A stretch of 64,000 nucleotides of DNA from Dictyostelium discoideum (taxonomy: Eukaryota), in contig CM000151.3 of NCBI GenBank assembly GCA_000004695.1, positions 6,560,001 through 6,624,000 of the forward strand. Reading direction: 5' to 3'. The notes under the pieces are model-generated. The model was given only the letters and a program-made list of their open reading frames with translations, was not told where the DNA came from and ran no database searches. Positions within the stretch are counted from its first letter, which is position 1; every line of letters starts with the position of its first letter. A program made the position numbers and the translations under genes. Below are positions 1 to 12,953 of the stretch, one piece after another.

Positions 1-255
1 AACCAATGATTTGTAATATCGAGCCTACAATTCTCCAAAACTTTTGATTATTTGTTCTATTCATTTTCTTTTGTTTCTTTATTTCTATCTTTTCTTCAAC
101 ATCTTTATTATTAATTCCTATCTTATATTTACTACTACCATTACCATTACCATTACCATTACCACCACCACCACCTTGTAAATCATTATTACTACCTCCA
201 ATACTATTAAGTTTATTATTTGATTTATTATACACTATACTATTATGTTTATTTA

Positions 256-312
<57 letters not shown>

Positions 313-574
313 TACTACTATCTCCTCTATATCCTGACCTACTATTGGGCCTACTTGAATTTCTACTTGAATTGTTACTAATGTCTATACCATTATATTT
401 TGTGATTTGTGCTGATGGTGAATTATTCCCACTTGTATTATCTTTTCTTGGTGTACCATTTTCACTATTACTGATACCAATATTTAATGAAGATGGTGAA
501 TTGGCATTATTTGGTGATGAAGAGGTTGAGGATGATGATGTTGATAGTAATGATGTATTTTCATTTTCTATCAT
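1..574 (-). CDS. Partial CDS of a Ser/Asn-rich hypothetical protein, N-terminal part only. The ATG is at 574..572 and the gene runs off the window start.
   Basis: The minus-strand reading from the ATG at 574 gives MIENENTSLLSTSSSSTSSSPNNANSPSSLNIGISNSENGTPRKDNTSGNNSPSAQITKYNGIDISNNSSRNSSRPNSRSGYRGDSSSNNNNN... It is open to position 1, and the (ATT)n tract at 253..312 encodes poly-Asn. This low-complexity composition is typical of Dictyostelium proteins. I see no recognisable domain. Confidence 0.4.
253..312. repeat. (ATT)n / (AAT)n trinucleotide microsatellite. It encodes poly-Asn on the minus strand.
   Basis: A pure attatt... run is visible in the sequence. Confidence 0.8.
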
Positions 575-877
575 TGTAATTATTATTATTTAATAATTTT
601 TTTTGTTTTTTATTTATTTATTTATTTATTTAATTTGTTTTCTTTCCTTTTCTTTGTGTTTTTTTTTTTTATTTTATTTTATTTTTTTTTTTTATGTGTT
701 TTTTTTTTTTTTTTTTTTACTTTTTTTTTTTTTTTTTTTAATTTTTTTTTTCCAAATAAAATTAAAATGAATGGTATGAATTATGAATTTAATTAAAAAT
801 ATAAATAAATAAACATTATTTTAACAAAAAAAATTAAACAAAAAAAAAAAAAAAATAATAAAATAAAGAAAAAAAAA

Positions 878-911
<34 letters not shown>

Positions 912-1149
912 CAATAATCGACCAAATGAATAGCAGAATTTATGGATGTAACTCTCAAAAAAAAGAGTTCAAAAATATTTTTTTTTTTTTTTTTTTTTTT
1001 CAATTTTGGTTTTTTTTATAAAACCATTTAAACAAAATATCTTAAAAAGTCGGAAAAACAATAATCAAAAAGGCTTTGGTTAAAGAAATAGTTTGATTGT
1101 TCTTAAGAATAGTCATATTTAGTTAAAAAACATATCAAAAAAAGAAAAC

Positions 1150-1186
<37 letters not shown>

Positions 1187-1862
1187 AAAAAAAAAAAAAA
1201 AAAAATACAATTGACATGAGGGGTCATATCTTGATTTGGATATTTTTAAAATAAAAAAAAAAAAATAAAAATAAAAAAGAATAGAATAAAAAAATAAAAA
1301 AGAATAAAATAAAAAAGAAAATAAAAAATAACAATAATAATTATTATAAAATAAAATAATAAATTATGATTAATAATTTTACTTTGAAGTAAATTCAAAA
1401 CAATTCGCCTAAATTTGACCCACTCAAAAAATCAAAAAAAAAAAAAAAACCTTTTTTTTTAAGCAATTCCTTAAAATTAATTGATTTATCAAATAAATTG
1501 TTAAATTATAAATAAATAATTTTAATAAATAATAAAAAATGTAAATATTAATTTTATTAAAATATCATTATTTTTTTTTATTTTTTTTATTTATTTTTTT
1601 TTATTTTTTTTATTTTTTTTAATGTTTTTTTTTATTATTTTTTTTATTATTTTTATTAATTTTATTTTTTTTAATTTTTATTTTTTTTTAATTTCTCAAA
1701 TATTTAATTTTTTTTTTTTAAAATTTTAAAATAAAATTTTTTTTTTATTTTTTTTTAAAAAAAAAATCATACACACACAATAAGAACAAGAAAAAATAAA
1801 AAAAAAAAAGAATAGGTATATAAAAAAAAAAAGAATAGGTATATAAAAAAAAACAAAAAAAA

Positions 1863-3973
1863 ATGTCATTGTATCCAAATTTACAACCACAACCAATAAA
1901 ATTAAATAGCGAGGTATGCCTTTTCAAAATTAAAAAAATAAAAAATAAAAATTTTTTTTTTTTTTTTCCCTCATATTAACCTATGCGAATATTATTATTA
2001 CAATTATCAAAAAAAAAAAATAAAAAAAAAAAACTATATATAGGTCAAAGGTGAAGCATTATATTCAGGATGGTTACAAAAGAAAGGTGATAAAGGAGTA
2101 GTACTATTATGGAAAAAAAGATATTTCTCTGTAGATAGAAACTCAATTAATTATTATACAGACCAAACATTACAAGAACAAAAAGGCTCAATACAATGGG
2201 AATCAGTTTCAGGTATAGAGTTTACAAATGCATCAATGCTTTGGAATGATTGTAGATATTTTGAAATTCAAACTGTAAGTTTTTTTTAAATTAATATTAA
2301 TTTATTATTTTTATTATTTTTATTATTAACAATATATAAAAATAACTTTTAATAAAAAAAAAAAGACATCAAAAAGAACATATTATTTATTTTCTGAAGA
2401 TCAAGTAGTTTCTTTAGATTGGGTTACAAATCTTCAAAAGTTATGGAGTCATTATAAACAATCATTACTTTTAATAAATCATGATAATAGTAGTAATGGA
2501 AGTAATAATATCGATAATTCATATAGTAATAATGTAAATAATTTTGATAGTGCAGCAGCAGCAGCAACAGCAACATCACCGACATCTGATATAGGAGTAA
2601 CAACCACCACCACAGAAACAACAAATGAATATACAAATTGTAATGATAGTTTTAATAATAATAATAATAATAACAATGGATTTGAAGAGAATAATAATCA
2701 ATATAGGTCATCACAATATAAAGACTTTTTAAATTATTCACAACCATATTATAATCATTTCTATGATAATATTGGTAAACCAATTCAACCACAAAATGAT
2801 TCATTATTGAATATACCACCACGTCCAGCTGGTCCATTACGTGAATTAAATCAAGAATTGGTAAAAGATATATTACCATCAGAAGGAATGGATTTAGATT
2901 TCTATTATCAATCTACTGTTCATTTTAGTAATCTTTTATTAACATCTGGCTCCGATTATGCCTTGTTATCAAGTTATTTAATTTTATCAATTTTAGATTG
3001 GGATAATAAAAAAACTCAACCATTACCATATGCATGTACACCACCCTATGAAAGTGATATAGTATTTCCTTATTTTACTTATTCATTACAATTAATTAGA
3101 AATGTAAATATAATTATTAGTTATTTTTTTTAAAAAAAAAAAAAAAATTGTCATTATTAACTTTTTTTTTTTTTTTTATTTTTTTTATTTTTATTTTAGG
3201 AAATTTTAAATAAATGGCAACAAAAAGGACCAAATTATTGTACACAAATTGATTTATTTTCAAAAAAGAAAAGAAAGAATTTCCCATTATTATTAGAGAA
3301 TGAAGATAGAGAAACTTTTTTACAAAGAAATTTATTATTATTAAATTATACATTGAAATCATTGATTAGTGGTAATAAATTAGCAGCTATTGAAGATAGT
3401 ATTTGTGTATTAATAGATAGATTCTTGGAGAATTATGAATCATTACCATCATTTAAATATGGTGGATTCCTTTGGAAAGAGATTGAGGCTGCAACTACAA
3501 CTCAAGAAATCTCATCAAAAGATAAAACCACATTTAAGAATGTTTTAATGTCATATCTTTTCTATCAAAAATTAAATTTAGAGAAAAAGAATAACACAAG
3601 ATTACAATTCGATTCGACAATCTCTCAACGTTATGAAAGTGTAGGTCATAGTTTTAGTCAATTGTTACATCAACATCCATTGTTTACACCTTATCAAGGT
3701 CATATTCAAAGAACCATCGTTAGAATCTTTTTCTTATGGCAAAAGGATCTACCATTGTGTGAATCAACCTCTACCTTTGAAGTCTCTGTCTATAGAAATT
3801 ATAAGGTATTCTCTAGAATGCTCAACCGAATTAACTCTTTTATTTTCCCACAACTTTATACATCAATCAAAGATATTAGAGATTTATTATTTAAAATTGT
3901 TGAACCTCAAATGGGTGGTTTTGATATAAATAACATTGATTCAACAAGTCTTGATTCAATAATTAATAGTTAA
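1863..3973 (+). CDS. PH-domain-containing protein of about 597 aa in 4 exons: join(1863..1913, 2044..2274, 2366..3103, 3200..3973).
   Basis: Exon 1 encodes MSLYPNLQPQPIKLNSE and ends at a gtatgc donor. Exon 2 encodes VKGEALYSGWLQKKGDKGVVLLWKKRYFSVDRNSINYYTDQTLQEQKGSIQWESVSGIEFTNASMLWNDCRYFEIQT. This is a PH-domain signature (the GWLxKKG...W.KRYF motif). It ends at a gtaagt donor. Exons 3 and 4 continue in frame after acceptors at aaag and tttag. Exon 3 ends at an AAT|gtaaat donor. The phases check out (0,0,0). The C-terminal two thirds have no domain I recognise. Confidence 0.65.
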
Positions 3974-4891
3974 AAAAAAAAAAAAATTTTGTTTTATTTT
4001 AGTAATATTTTTAATTTAAATCAAATAACAAATAATAAATAACATATTTTAAAATTGGTATATATATAATTTTTTTTTTTTTTTTGTTGTTGTTAAATTG
4101 GATAATGGTTTTTTTTTTTTTTTTCTTTAAATTAATTCTAAAAATCAATTTTTTTGACCTTGGAGATCGTGAAGATCTGTATGGTGATTTTTTTTTTTTT
4201 TTTTTAAATTCTAAAAATAGATTTTTATTTTTATTCCAATGTAATTTTTAATTTGACGAAAGTCATTATATAGTCTCAAGAGTATAACACTAGTCTTCAA
4301 TTGGATTGAACTATATTTTAATTTGATCGCTTTTGGTCACCCAATCATGTTTCCAGTGGTTACTATTGATTGGTTGTTTGTCAAGCGCTTCTGGGTATAA
4401 TAAAGAATATATTCTATTGAATATACAATTAATCGTCCCGACTATAGTACAGAGGTTGCTGAAACCTTTAAAGTGTATTATTTTTCTTCTTTTATATTTT
4501 AATATTTGTTTAAAAAAAAAAAAAATAAAGTGTTTCATACCTGCATTTGATAGATTAATTCTTTCAATTTTTTATTTTTTTTTTTGAAATTTTTGTTAAA
4601 TTTACGCATTTTTAAAAAAAAAATGGCAAAGATTGATTTTCTGTTTAAAATGCCATTATGGCGTTGGCATCTTATGAAATATTTTGCTTCCACGTAATTC
4701 TTTTAAAAAAAAATTACAAAAAAAAATTAAAAAAAAATAAAAAAAAATAAAATAAAAAATCGAAAATAAAAAAAAAAATTAAATTGTTCAATTCATTTTT
4801 TTTTTCATAAATTAAATTAAACACAATATAAATAAATAAATATAAATAATTAAATAAAAATAAAAAATAAAAAAAAAAATAAATAAATAAA

Positions 4892-5379
4892 ATGGAATCA
4901 AAACAAGTTGAAAATAAAAAAGTTGAAGTTATTGAACCATTTGAAGATTTAACAGGTGTAGGTGCACCATATAAAAAAGAATCAAGATCTCAATATTTAG
5001 AAAGAAGACATAAAGAAGAAGATGAAACTAGAAGTATTTTTTATAAAGAAGGTCTTAAAGGTGGTTTAATTTTTTCTGGTGTTGCCACTACTGGTATTGC
5101 TGCTGCTTGTTTCAAATGTATGTTTTTTTTTTAAATATAAATATAAATAAATAAATAAAAAATACTCATACCTTCTTCTCTTTTTTTTTTTTTTTTAATA
5201 TAACAGCCCATACTTTTAAAAAATCAGTAACATGGAATATAAGAGCATTTTTAGTATCATCAGCATTCATTGCAGGTTTTTGGATTTATGGTGAAACTGC
5301 TTCAATGAAATTAATGAAACAAAGAGTATACGATGAAATGGATCAATATTATAATCACCCAGATGAAAAAAAGAATTAA
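4892..5379 (+). CDS. Small membrane protein of about 132 aa in 2 exons: join(4892..5117, 5207..5379). It has two predicted TM helices.
   Basis: Exon 1 encodes MESKQVENKKVEVIEPFEDLTGVGAPYKKESRSQYLERRHKEEDETRSIFYKEGLKGGLIFSGVATTGIAAACFK. The donor is AAAT|gtatgt and the acceptor is taacag, a phase-1 junction. Exon 2 encodes SHTFKKSVTWNIRAFLVSSAFIAGFWIYGETASMKLMKQRVYDEMDQYYNHPDEKKN*. It shows a weak resemblance to HIG1-type small mitochondrial membrane proteins, which I cannot confirm. Confidence 0.5.
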
Positions 5380-5456
5380 AAATAATTAAATAGTAATATA
5401 TAAAATAAAATAAAAAAATAAAAAAATTATTCCTCTTCTTAATAAAAAATATAACG

Positions 5457-5492
<36 letters not shown>

Positions 5493-5731
5493 GATGTACA
5501 AATAGTTAAATTTCCCCTCTTCTCTTCCTCTCCTTTCTTTCTCTTCCTCTCCCTTTTTTTATTTTGTTTTTTTCTTTTTGAGTAATTTTAGTAAGAAAAA
5601 AAAAAAAAAATAACAAAAGAAATAAAGACAAATAATATTATTTATTTTCATTGCGCGTTGCTTAAAACAAAATTTTTTTTTTTATAAATATGTTTTTAAT
5701 TTATTTTATTTTATTTTATTTAATATTTAAT

Positions 5732-6716
<985 letters not shown>

Positions 6717-7292
6717 TTTTTATATATTTATCTGTATATTTGTTTATTTGTATTTATTTTAATTAATTTTATATTTTTTAAAGTTTATAATGTATGATTG
6801 TGTTTTATATTGAATTGTTTATATTTTTTTTTATTCTTTTAAAAAAAAGTAATGTACTATTAAATATTTCAAAAAGAAAGAAAAAAAAAAAAACGATTTT
6901 AATAAACTATAGTTTATTTATTTATATTTGATTAAAATTTATTGCTTAAAAGTTATTCTTCTATATATATATATATACTTTATATATACATATATTTTAA
7001 TTTAAAAAATTAAAAAAAAAAAAAAAAGTGAAAAATTAAATTTTATTTTTTTTTATTTTTTTTTTTTTTATTTTTACCAGCGCTGTGTGTAGAAAAAAAA
7101 AAAAATAAAAAAAAAATAAAAAAAAAATATATTATTTTTAATTTTTATTTGATTGGAATTATCATTGTAATTAGGAGTAATTTAAAACGAGTTTAATTTG
7201 AAATAAAAGTTATAAATTATTACCTTTTTTTTTTTTATTATTCTATATTTTATTTTTTTTTAATTAAAAAATTTTTATTTTTTAGTCCGATT

Positions 7293-7324
<32 letters not shown>

Positions 7325-7347
7325 CCAAAAATTTTATTATTCATCCA

Positions 7348-7378
<31 letters not shown>

Positions 7379-7408
7379 ATATTTAATAATTAATTTTTTA
7401 AATTATTA

Positions 7409-8559
7409 TTATTTTTTATTATGTAATGATCTTAAATCTTTACGAATTATTTTACCAGTTGTAGTAGTTGGTAATTCATTAATGAATTCAATTTCTCTTG
7501 GATATTCATGAGCAGATAATATTGTTTTTACATAATTTTGAATATCTTTTTTTAATTGATCAGATTTAGAATAGGAAGGATTTAAAACAATGAAAGCTTT
7601 TACTATTTCACCACGAATTTCATCAGGTACACCTACCACACCAACATTTGAAACTGAAGGATGTTTTAATAAACAATTTTCAATTTCTGAAGGACCAATA
7701 CGATAACCACTTGAATTGATTATATCATCATCTCTACCAACATACCAAATATAACCATCACTATCTTTTCTACCCAAATCACCAGTTACTAACCAATCAC
7801 CATTCATTTTCTTTTTAGCAGCTTTATCATTATTCCAATAAGTTAAAAATGCAACTGGATCTGGTGTTTTCAAAGCAATATCACCAACTTGATCAATTGG
7901 TAAAATCATACCATTCGAATCAATAATTTCAACGATATGTCCAGGTATTGGCTTACCAATTGAACCATTCTTGATTGGAAAAACTGATGGACAATTACCA
8001 ACCAATAGATTTGCTTCGGTTTGACCATAGAATTCTGCAATTTCAACATTGAATTGTTCTTTACCCCATTGTAATAGTTTTTCACCTAAACTTTCACCGC
8101 CACTTCCAATCGATGTCATATTAACAGGTGTTAATTTTAATTGCTCCTCTTGTTGTTTCATAATTTTCAACGCTGATGGTGGTAAAAATGCTGTATCTAC
8201 TTTATTATCAATCAATAGCTTACAAATCTTTTTTGGTTCAAATTTAGTCATACGATGAGCTAATACAGTTACACCATAATAAAGACTTGGAATTAATACA
8301 TCAAATAATCCACCAATCCATGCCCAATCTGCTGGTGTATAAAAAATATAATCATTTGTTGATTTTCTATTTGGAAAATTATTTTGTGGAAATTGTACAC
8401 CTGGTAAATGTCCTAATAAAACTCTATGTGCATGTAAACATCCTTTTGGATTACCTGTTGTACCTGATGTAAATATAATTACTGCTTCATCGTCTGATTT
8501 ACTTTTAATTGCTTCAAATTCTTTTGAATAATTTTCACTAATTTTATCATTCCATCTTT

Positions 8560-8601
<42 letters not shown>

Positions 8602-9092
8602 AAATTAATTAATTTTTAGAAATAAAAATAAATAAATAAATAAATAATTAATTAATTTAATTACTCTTCAATTAAATTACCATAATGTGAATTATTTTTA
8701 AAATTTTCAGATAATGTACCAAATACTATAATTTTTTTTAAATTTGGTAAACAAGGTAAAATTCCTAATAATTTTTCAAGATTTTCTAAATCTGTTAATA
8801 CACAACTTGTAGAAGAATTTGATAATCTAAATTCTAATGCTTCTGGACCAAATAATGTGAATAATGGCATTGTAATCATACCAGATCTTAATGTTGTTGT
8901 ATGTGATAATGCACATTCAAATCCTTGTGATAATAAAACTCCAACTCTATCTCTTTTCTTTAATCCAATCTCTTTATATTTATTTGCTAATTGATTTGAT
9001 TTAGTTTGTAAATCTTTAAATGTATATCTATTTTATAAAATAAAATAAAATAAAATAAAATAAATAAATTAAATTAAATTAATAAATAAATA

Positions 9093-9133
<41 letters not shown>

Positions 9134-9592
9134 CCAGAAAATTGTGTTCTAAAATAATAAAAAAATATATAAAATAATTTTAAAATACTCTTTAGATATA
9201 TTTTTATCTTCATCAATTATATGTTTAATTGCTATATGATTCATTTTATTTGGATCATTTGCATGTTTATCACAAATTTCTTGGCCAATATTAAAATATT
9301 CTGGTATATCCCATTTGAATGATTTATAGGCCTCTTCATAATTTTTTAAATTTTGAACTTTATTTAAATTTCTATCTAAAAATTCATAAGGTGTTGTTGA
9401 TGAATAAAATCTTTTATTATAAATATTATTATTATTATTATTTTTATTATTATTGATTAATAATGTTTTAGATGAACATGATGAATTTGTTTTTAATTTT
9501 ATAGAATTTAGTATTAGTTGTTTTTGTTTTGGTGTTTGTATAATAACTCCACTATTAAAGAATAATCTGTTTAGTTTTTGAGGAAATGACAT
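7409..9592 (-). CDS. Acyl-CoA synthetase (AMP-dependent synthetase/ligase, medium-chain type) of about 637 aa in 3 exons: join(9189..9592, 8665..9027, 7409..8555). It probably has a mitochondrial presequence.
   Basis: The N-terminus is MSFPQKLNRLFFNSGVI...YSSTTPYEFLDRNL...DEDKNISKE. The junction at GA|gtattt and aaatag|A continues as YTFKDLQTKSNQLANKYKEIGLKKRDRVGVLLSQGFECALSHTTTLRSGMITMPLF. Exon 3 reads WNDKISENY...FTSGTTGNPKGCLHAHRVL...TGDLGRKDSDGYIWYVGRDDDIINSSGYRIGPSEIE...KIIRKDL. FTSGTTGNPKG is the AMP-binding P-loop motif. The splice phases are consistent (2/1 and 2/1). Confidence 0.8.
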
Positions 9593-9633
9593 TCCTTTAT
9601 TTTGTTTTTATTAATTTTTTGAAATTGAATGTG

Positions 9634-9666
<33 letters not shown>

Positions 9667-9778
9667 ATGATGTTGAAGTGATTTTTTTTTTTAAAAAAAA
9701 GTGGATATTATTTTTAAAAAATAAAAAAAAAATAAAAAATATAAAAAATAAAAATTATTACACACCAATGGATATTAT

Positions 9779-9814
<36 letters not shown>

Positions 9815-10029
9815 AAAATTGATTTTTTCCAATCGTTTTTTTAAGATAAGATAAATAAAAAAAAAAAATAAAAAAAAAAATAAAAAAAAAAATAAAAAAA
9901 TAAAAATTATATAAATTAAAGAATTATTATATTATTATTTTTATTTAATTTTTTTTTTTTTTTTTTTTTTTTGTTTTTTTTTTTTTTTTTTTTTTTTTGA
10001 AATTTACATTATTTATTTTATTTTTATTT

Positions 10030-10521
10030 CTAAACTAATAATAAATAAGAATCTTCTTTTATTTTTTTCTTTATATTTTCATCATCTTCAATAAGTGAGT
10101 AGTAATATTTTATAGTTGGAAATGAAGTTATACTATTGAAACGAAAACTTTTGTCAAATAAACTTTCTATATTATATGCTTTTTTAAGATATTTCCTAAA
10201 TTCTGACCTCTTTGTATATTTTAAAAATGAAAAATCTGCGTTACCATACACATCTATATATTCAAAAGGCACTTGACATTCTAATCTTTCTTCATGGCAA
10301 TTATTATTATTATTATTATTTTGATTAAATAATATTAAATTACTATTATTTGTGGAAATATTGTTATTTCCAATTATTTTTTCGTTGTCATCATTACTAT
10401 TATAATTATTATTATTAATATTATTAATATTATTATTTTGATTTAAAACATTATCATTTTTGGAAATATTTTCATTTAAAATATTACATGCTGCAACTAA
10501 AACTACTTTTTGATATCCCAT
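10030..10521 (-). CDS. Hypothetical Asn-rich protein of 163 aa.
   Basis: This is an uninterrupted 163-codon ORF in DNA that is about 80% AT, where stop codons are frequent, so it is unlikely to be open by chance. It begins MGYQKVVLVAACNILNENISKNDNVLNQNNNINN... and ends ...CHEERLECQVPFEYIDVYGNADFSFLKYTKRSEFRKYLKKAYNIESLFDKSFRFNSITSFPTIKYYYSLIEDDENIKKKIKEDSYLLLV. I recognise no domain. Confidence 0.35.
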   Translation of the reverse strand: MGYQKVVLVAACNILNENISKNDNVLNQNNNINNINNNNYNSNDDNEKIIGNNNISTNNSNLILFNQNNNNNNNCHEERLECQVPFEYIDVYGNADFSFLKYTKRSEFRKYLKKAYNIESLFDKSFRFNSITSFPTIKYYYSLIEDDENIKKKIKEDSYLLLV

Positions 10522-10783
10522 TTTAAGTTTAAATTTTTAATAAAATAATAATGATAAAAAAAAAAAAAAGAGAATAAAAAAAAAAGAAAAAAAAAGTTTG
10601 AAAAAAAAAAATTTTTTAAAAAAAAGGTCAAATTTCCAAGAAAAACTAATTTTTTGTTGTTCCGTTATTTTTATTTATTTTTTATTATTTTTAATTTGTT
10701 TTTTTTCTTTACTTATTTCAAACTTTTGATGCTTTTTTAGTGTATCACTACCAATTATTTTTAAATAATTTAAATAAAAAAAC

Positions 10784-10825
<42 letters not shown>

Positions 10826-11350
10826 AAAAAACCCGAACGGCCCTTGTTCGGTTGGTCGCCTCTTTTATACTTTTATTTTATATTTTCTATGTACCGAATT
10901 CTTTACTTTTTTTATTAGGGGTTTAAATTTTCAAATGAAAAAAAAGGAAGATATTTATTGAAGAGTATTATTTTTTTTTAACCCCAATAATTCATTCTTA
11001 GAATGATTAATAAATTATTAATATAACTATTTCTTCTTTTTTTTTTTAAAAAAGGATAGTTATATTAATAATTTTAATCATATAACAATAAATTAATGGG
11101 GTTAAAAAAAAAAAAAAAACAAATTATATTCTAATAAAATATCATATTAATTAAAAATTTATTAGGTTAATTAATTGAAAAAAATAAATAATTAAAAAGT
11201 TTATTTTTAATAAAGTTATATTTCCCTGTTTGCTTTATAACTTTTTTTAATTTTATTTAATTTATTAAAATAACAAATTTTAAATTTTTATTTTGGTATT
11301 TTTAATAAAAAAAATCAAATAGGTTCTATTGTTTGAAATTCAACATTAAA

Positions 11351-11432
11351 GACATCGTAGCAAAGTGGTCTAATGCGTCTGACTAGAAATCAGATCCCTT
11401 CGGGGGCGCAGGTTCGAACCCTGCCGATGTCG
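11351..11432 (+). tRNA. tRNA-Ser, anticodon AGA.
   Basis: The sequence is GACATCGTAGCAAAGTGGTCTAATGCGTCTGACTAGAAATCAGATCCCTTCGGGGGCGCAGGTTCGAACCCTGCCGATGTCG. The acceptor stem GACATCG/CGATGTC has a G discriminator. The anticodon stem TCTGA/TCAGA flanks a 7-nt loop CTAGAAA, giving anticodon AGA. The long variable arm CCCTTCGGGGGCG is typical of class II Ser tRNAs. The T-arm carries GGTTCGAACC (the B box). The total length is 82 nt. Confidence 0.85.
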
Positions 11433-11699
11433 ATACGTTATAAAAGATTTTTAATTTCCGAAGTTCGGGTCCAGTTTTTAAGCCTATTAATAAATATTAA
11501 ATAAAACTCGTATTAAAAAAAAAAAACGAAAAAAACCGTACCGCGATCAAGAGGATACAAGATACACGTGAAAAGTAATTCATCCTTTTCTATCCTTAAT
11601 CTCGGTCAATTTTAACCAATCTTTCAAAAAAAATCACCAATCCACCACGATCTACAGATCTAACTTACCAAATCGCCGATTCAAAGGAATCCCATCGAG

Positions 11700-12953
11700 A
11701 TGAATTCCTACGCAGACGCGGCTAAAATGGCCAACCCCTCCACCCATATGGACGAGGCATCAGAGAACTTCATTAAGGAATTCTCCACAAAAACAGCAGA
11801 GATAAAGGAGACCTACCCCAAATTATCAATAGGCCTCAAAGACATCTCCAAATACTGCGAGACCATATTGAACATGACTGCGCTCTCAACCTACGAGAAA
11901 AACAACGGATTCTACCCAATTACACTCGAATTCCCCAAAATGGATCTCATGGGGTTAGAAGAAATGAGAAAAACACTCTCAAACTACGATATCCCAATCG
12001 ACAAGATATACATAGGCAAAGGAACTAGAAAAATGATCCACCTGATGATTAAAAACGAACAATCTCTCCTAAATATCATTAGAGATAGAAGCAAATTGGG
12101 AACCTTCATCACCTCCAGTAGAGACTACCACGTCCTCACAGGAAGAGTAAGAATTCCAAGAGAAAAGGCAGGAATAGTGGACGCCCTCATCAAAACTGCC
12201 TTTGCAGAAGAAATGCCCTATGCAATATACCATACTATATACTCCACCGACCACCTCCTAGTATTCGGTCTAATAGAATGCGAAATAGGCGATCAAATGA
12301 AATCTGGCCAACACAATACAGAAATCGCCAACTTTACCATCAGAACGGCCACCAAAACCTACTCCTCACAAAAGAAAAATAAGAAAGTAGAGTCAAACAA
12401 CACGGAAGAACCATTAGAAGATGAGATGACAGATGATCCTCCCAACATCCAAAACAGGATAGCAATCAAATCCTCTCAACCAAAACCACAACAACAAACA
12501 AACAACCCAGCAAACAATAAGTCTGATAAACAATCAACCCAAGAGAAAAAAGCCCAATCAAAAAAGTCCTCTCAACCTCTTCCCCCCAAAAACCAAGCAG
12601 AATCTCAATCTGTCAAACCCACCACAACCACTACCACAACATCCAACGCCATCCAAAAAGACAATGCCAACAAAACGAGCACTAACATCCATTCATCCTC
12701 GGAAAACAGAGAGAAGACACCAAACATCCCTCCATCACATAAACGCAAGAACGAGGAAATCCACTCAAACAACGAGGTCACCCAACTCTCACCAACAATA
12801 AACAGAAGCAACCCTTACATCCCATCCACCCCTAAGACACCTGTCAAAAATGAAAGGAAAGGAATCATTGAGAGCTTCATAGAGAGTATCTACCCTTCAC
12901 CATCCAAACCGCAGCTATACGACTCCCAAGAGGAGATCGATATCATCTCATAA
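11700..12953 (+). CDS. Retrotransposon ORF1 protein (417 aa), with a basic and Thr/Pro/Gln-rich C-terminal half.
   Basis: This is an open frame beginning MNSYADAAKMANPSTHMDEASENFIKEF. The C-terminus, KKNKKVESNNTEEPLEDEMTDDPPNIQNRIAIKSSQPKPQQQTNNPANNKSDKQSTQEKKAQSKK, looks like nucleic-acid-binding low complexity. Codon usage is distinct from host genes, with much higher C content. Confidence 0.7.
   Translation: MNSYADAAKMANPSTHMDEASENFIKEFSTKTAEIKETYPKLSIGLKDISKYCETILNMTALSTYEKNNGFYPITLEFPKMDLMGLEEMRKTLSNYDIPIDKIYIGKGTRKMIHLMIKNEQSLLNIIRDRSKLGTFITSSRDYHVLTGRVRIPREKAGIVDALIKTAFAEEMPYAIYHTIYSTDHLLVFGLIECEIGDQMKSGQHNTEIANFTIRTATKTYSSQKKNKKVESNNTEEPLEDEMTDDPPNIQNRIAIKSSQPKPQQQTNNPANNKSDKQSTQEKKAQSKKSSQPLPPKNQAESQSVKPTTTTTTTSNAIQKDNANKTSTNIHSSSENREKTPNIPPSHKRKNEEIHSNNEVTQLSPTINRSNPYIPSTPKTPVKNERKGIIESFIESIYPSPSKPQLYDSQEEIDIIS

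Noticed and set aside
3117-3362. Minus-strand 81-aa ORF (K/F-rich).
   Set aside because: It lies across intron 3 of the PH-domain gene and is made of A/T homopolymers.
4892-5379. Assignment of the small 2-TM protein to the HIG1 hypoxia-induced family.
   Set aside because: There is only a vague resemblance in size and topology. The characteristic conserved Arg/Gln positions are not evident, so I kept it as an unassigned small membrane protein.
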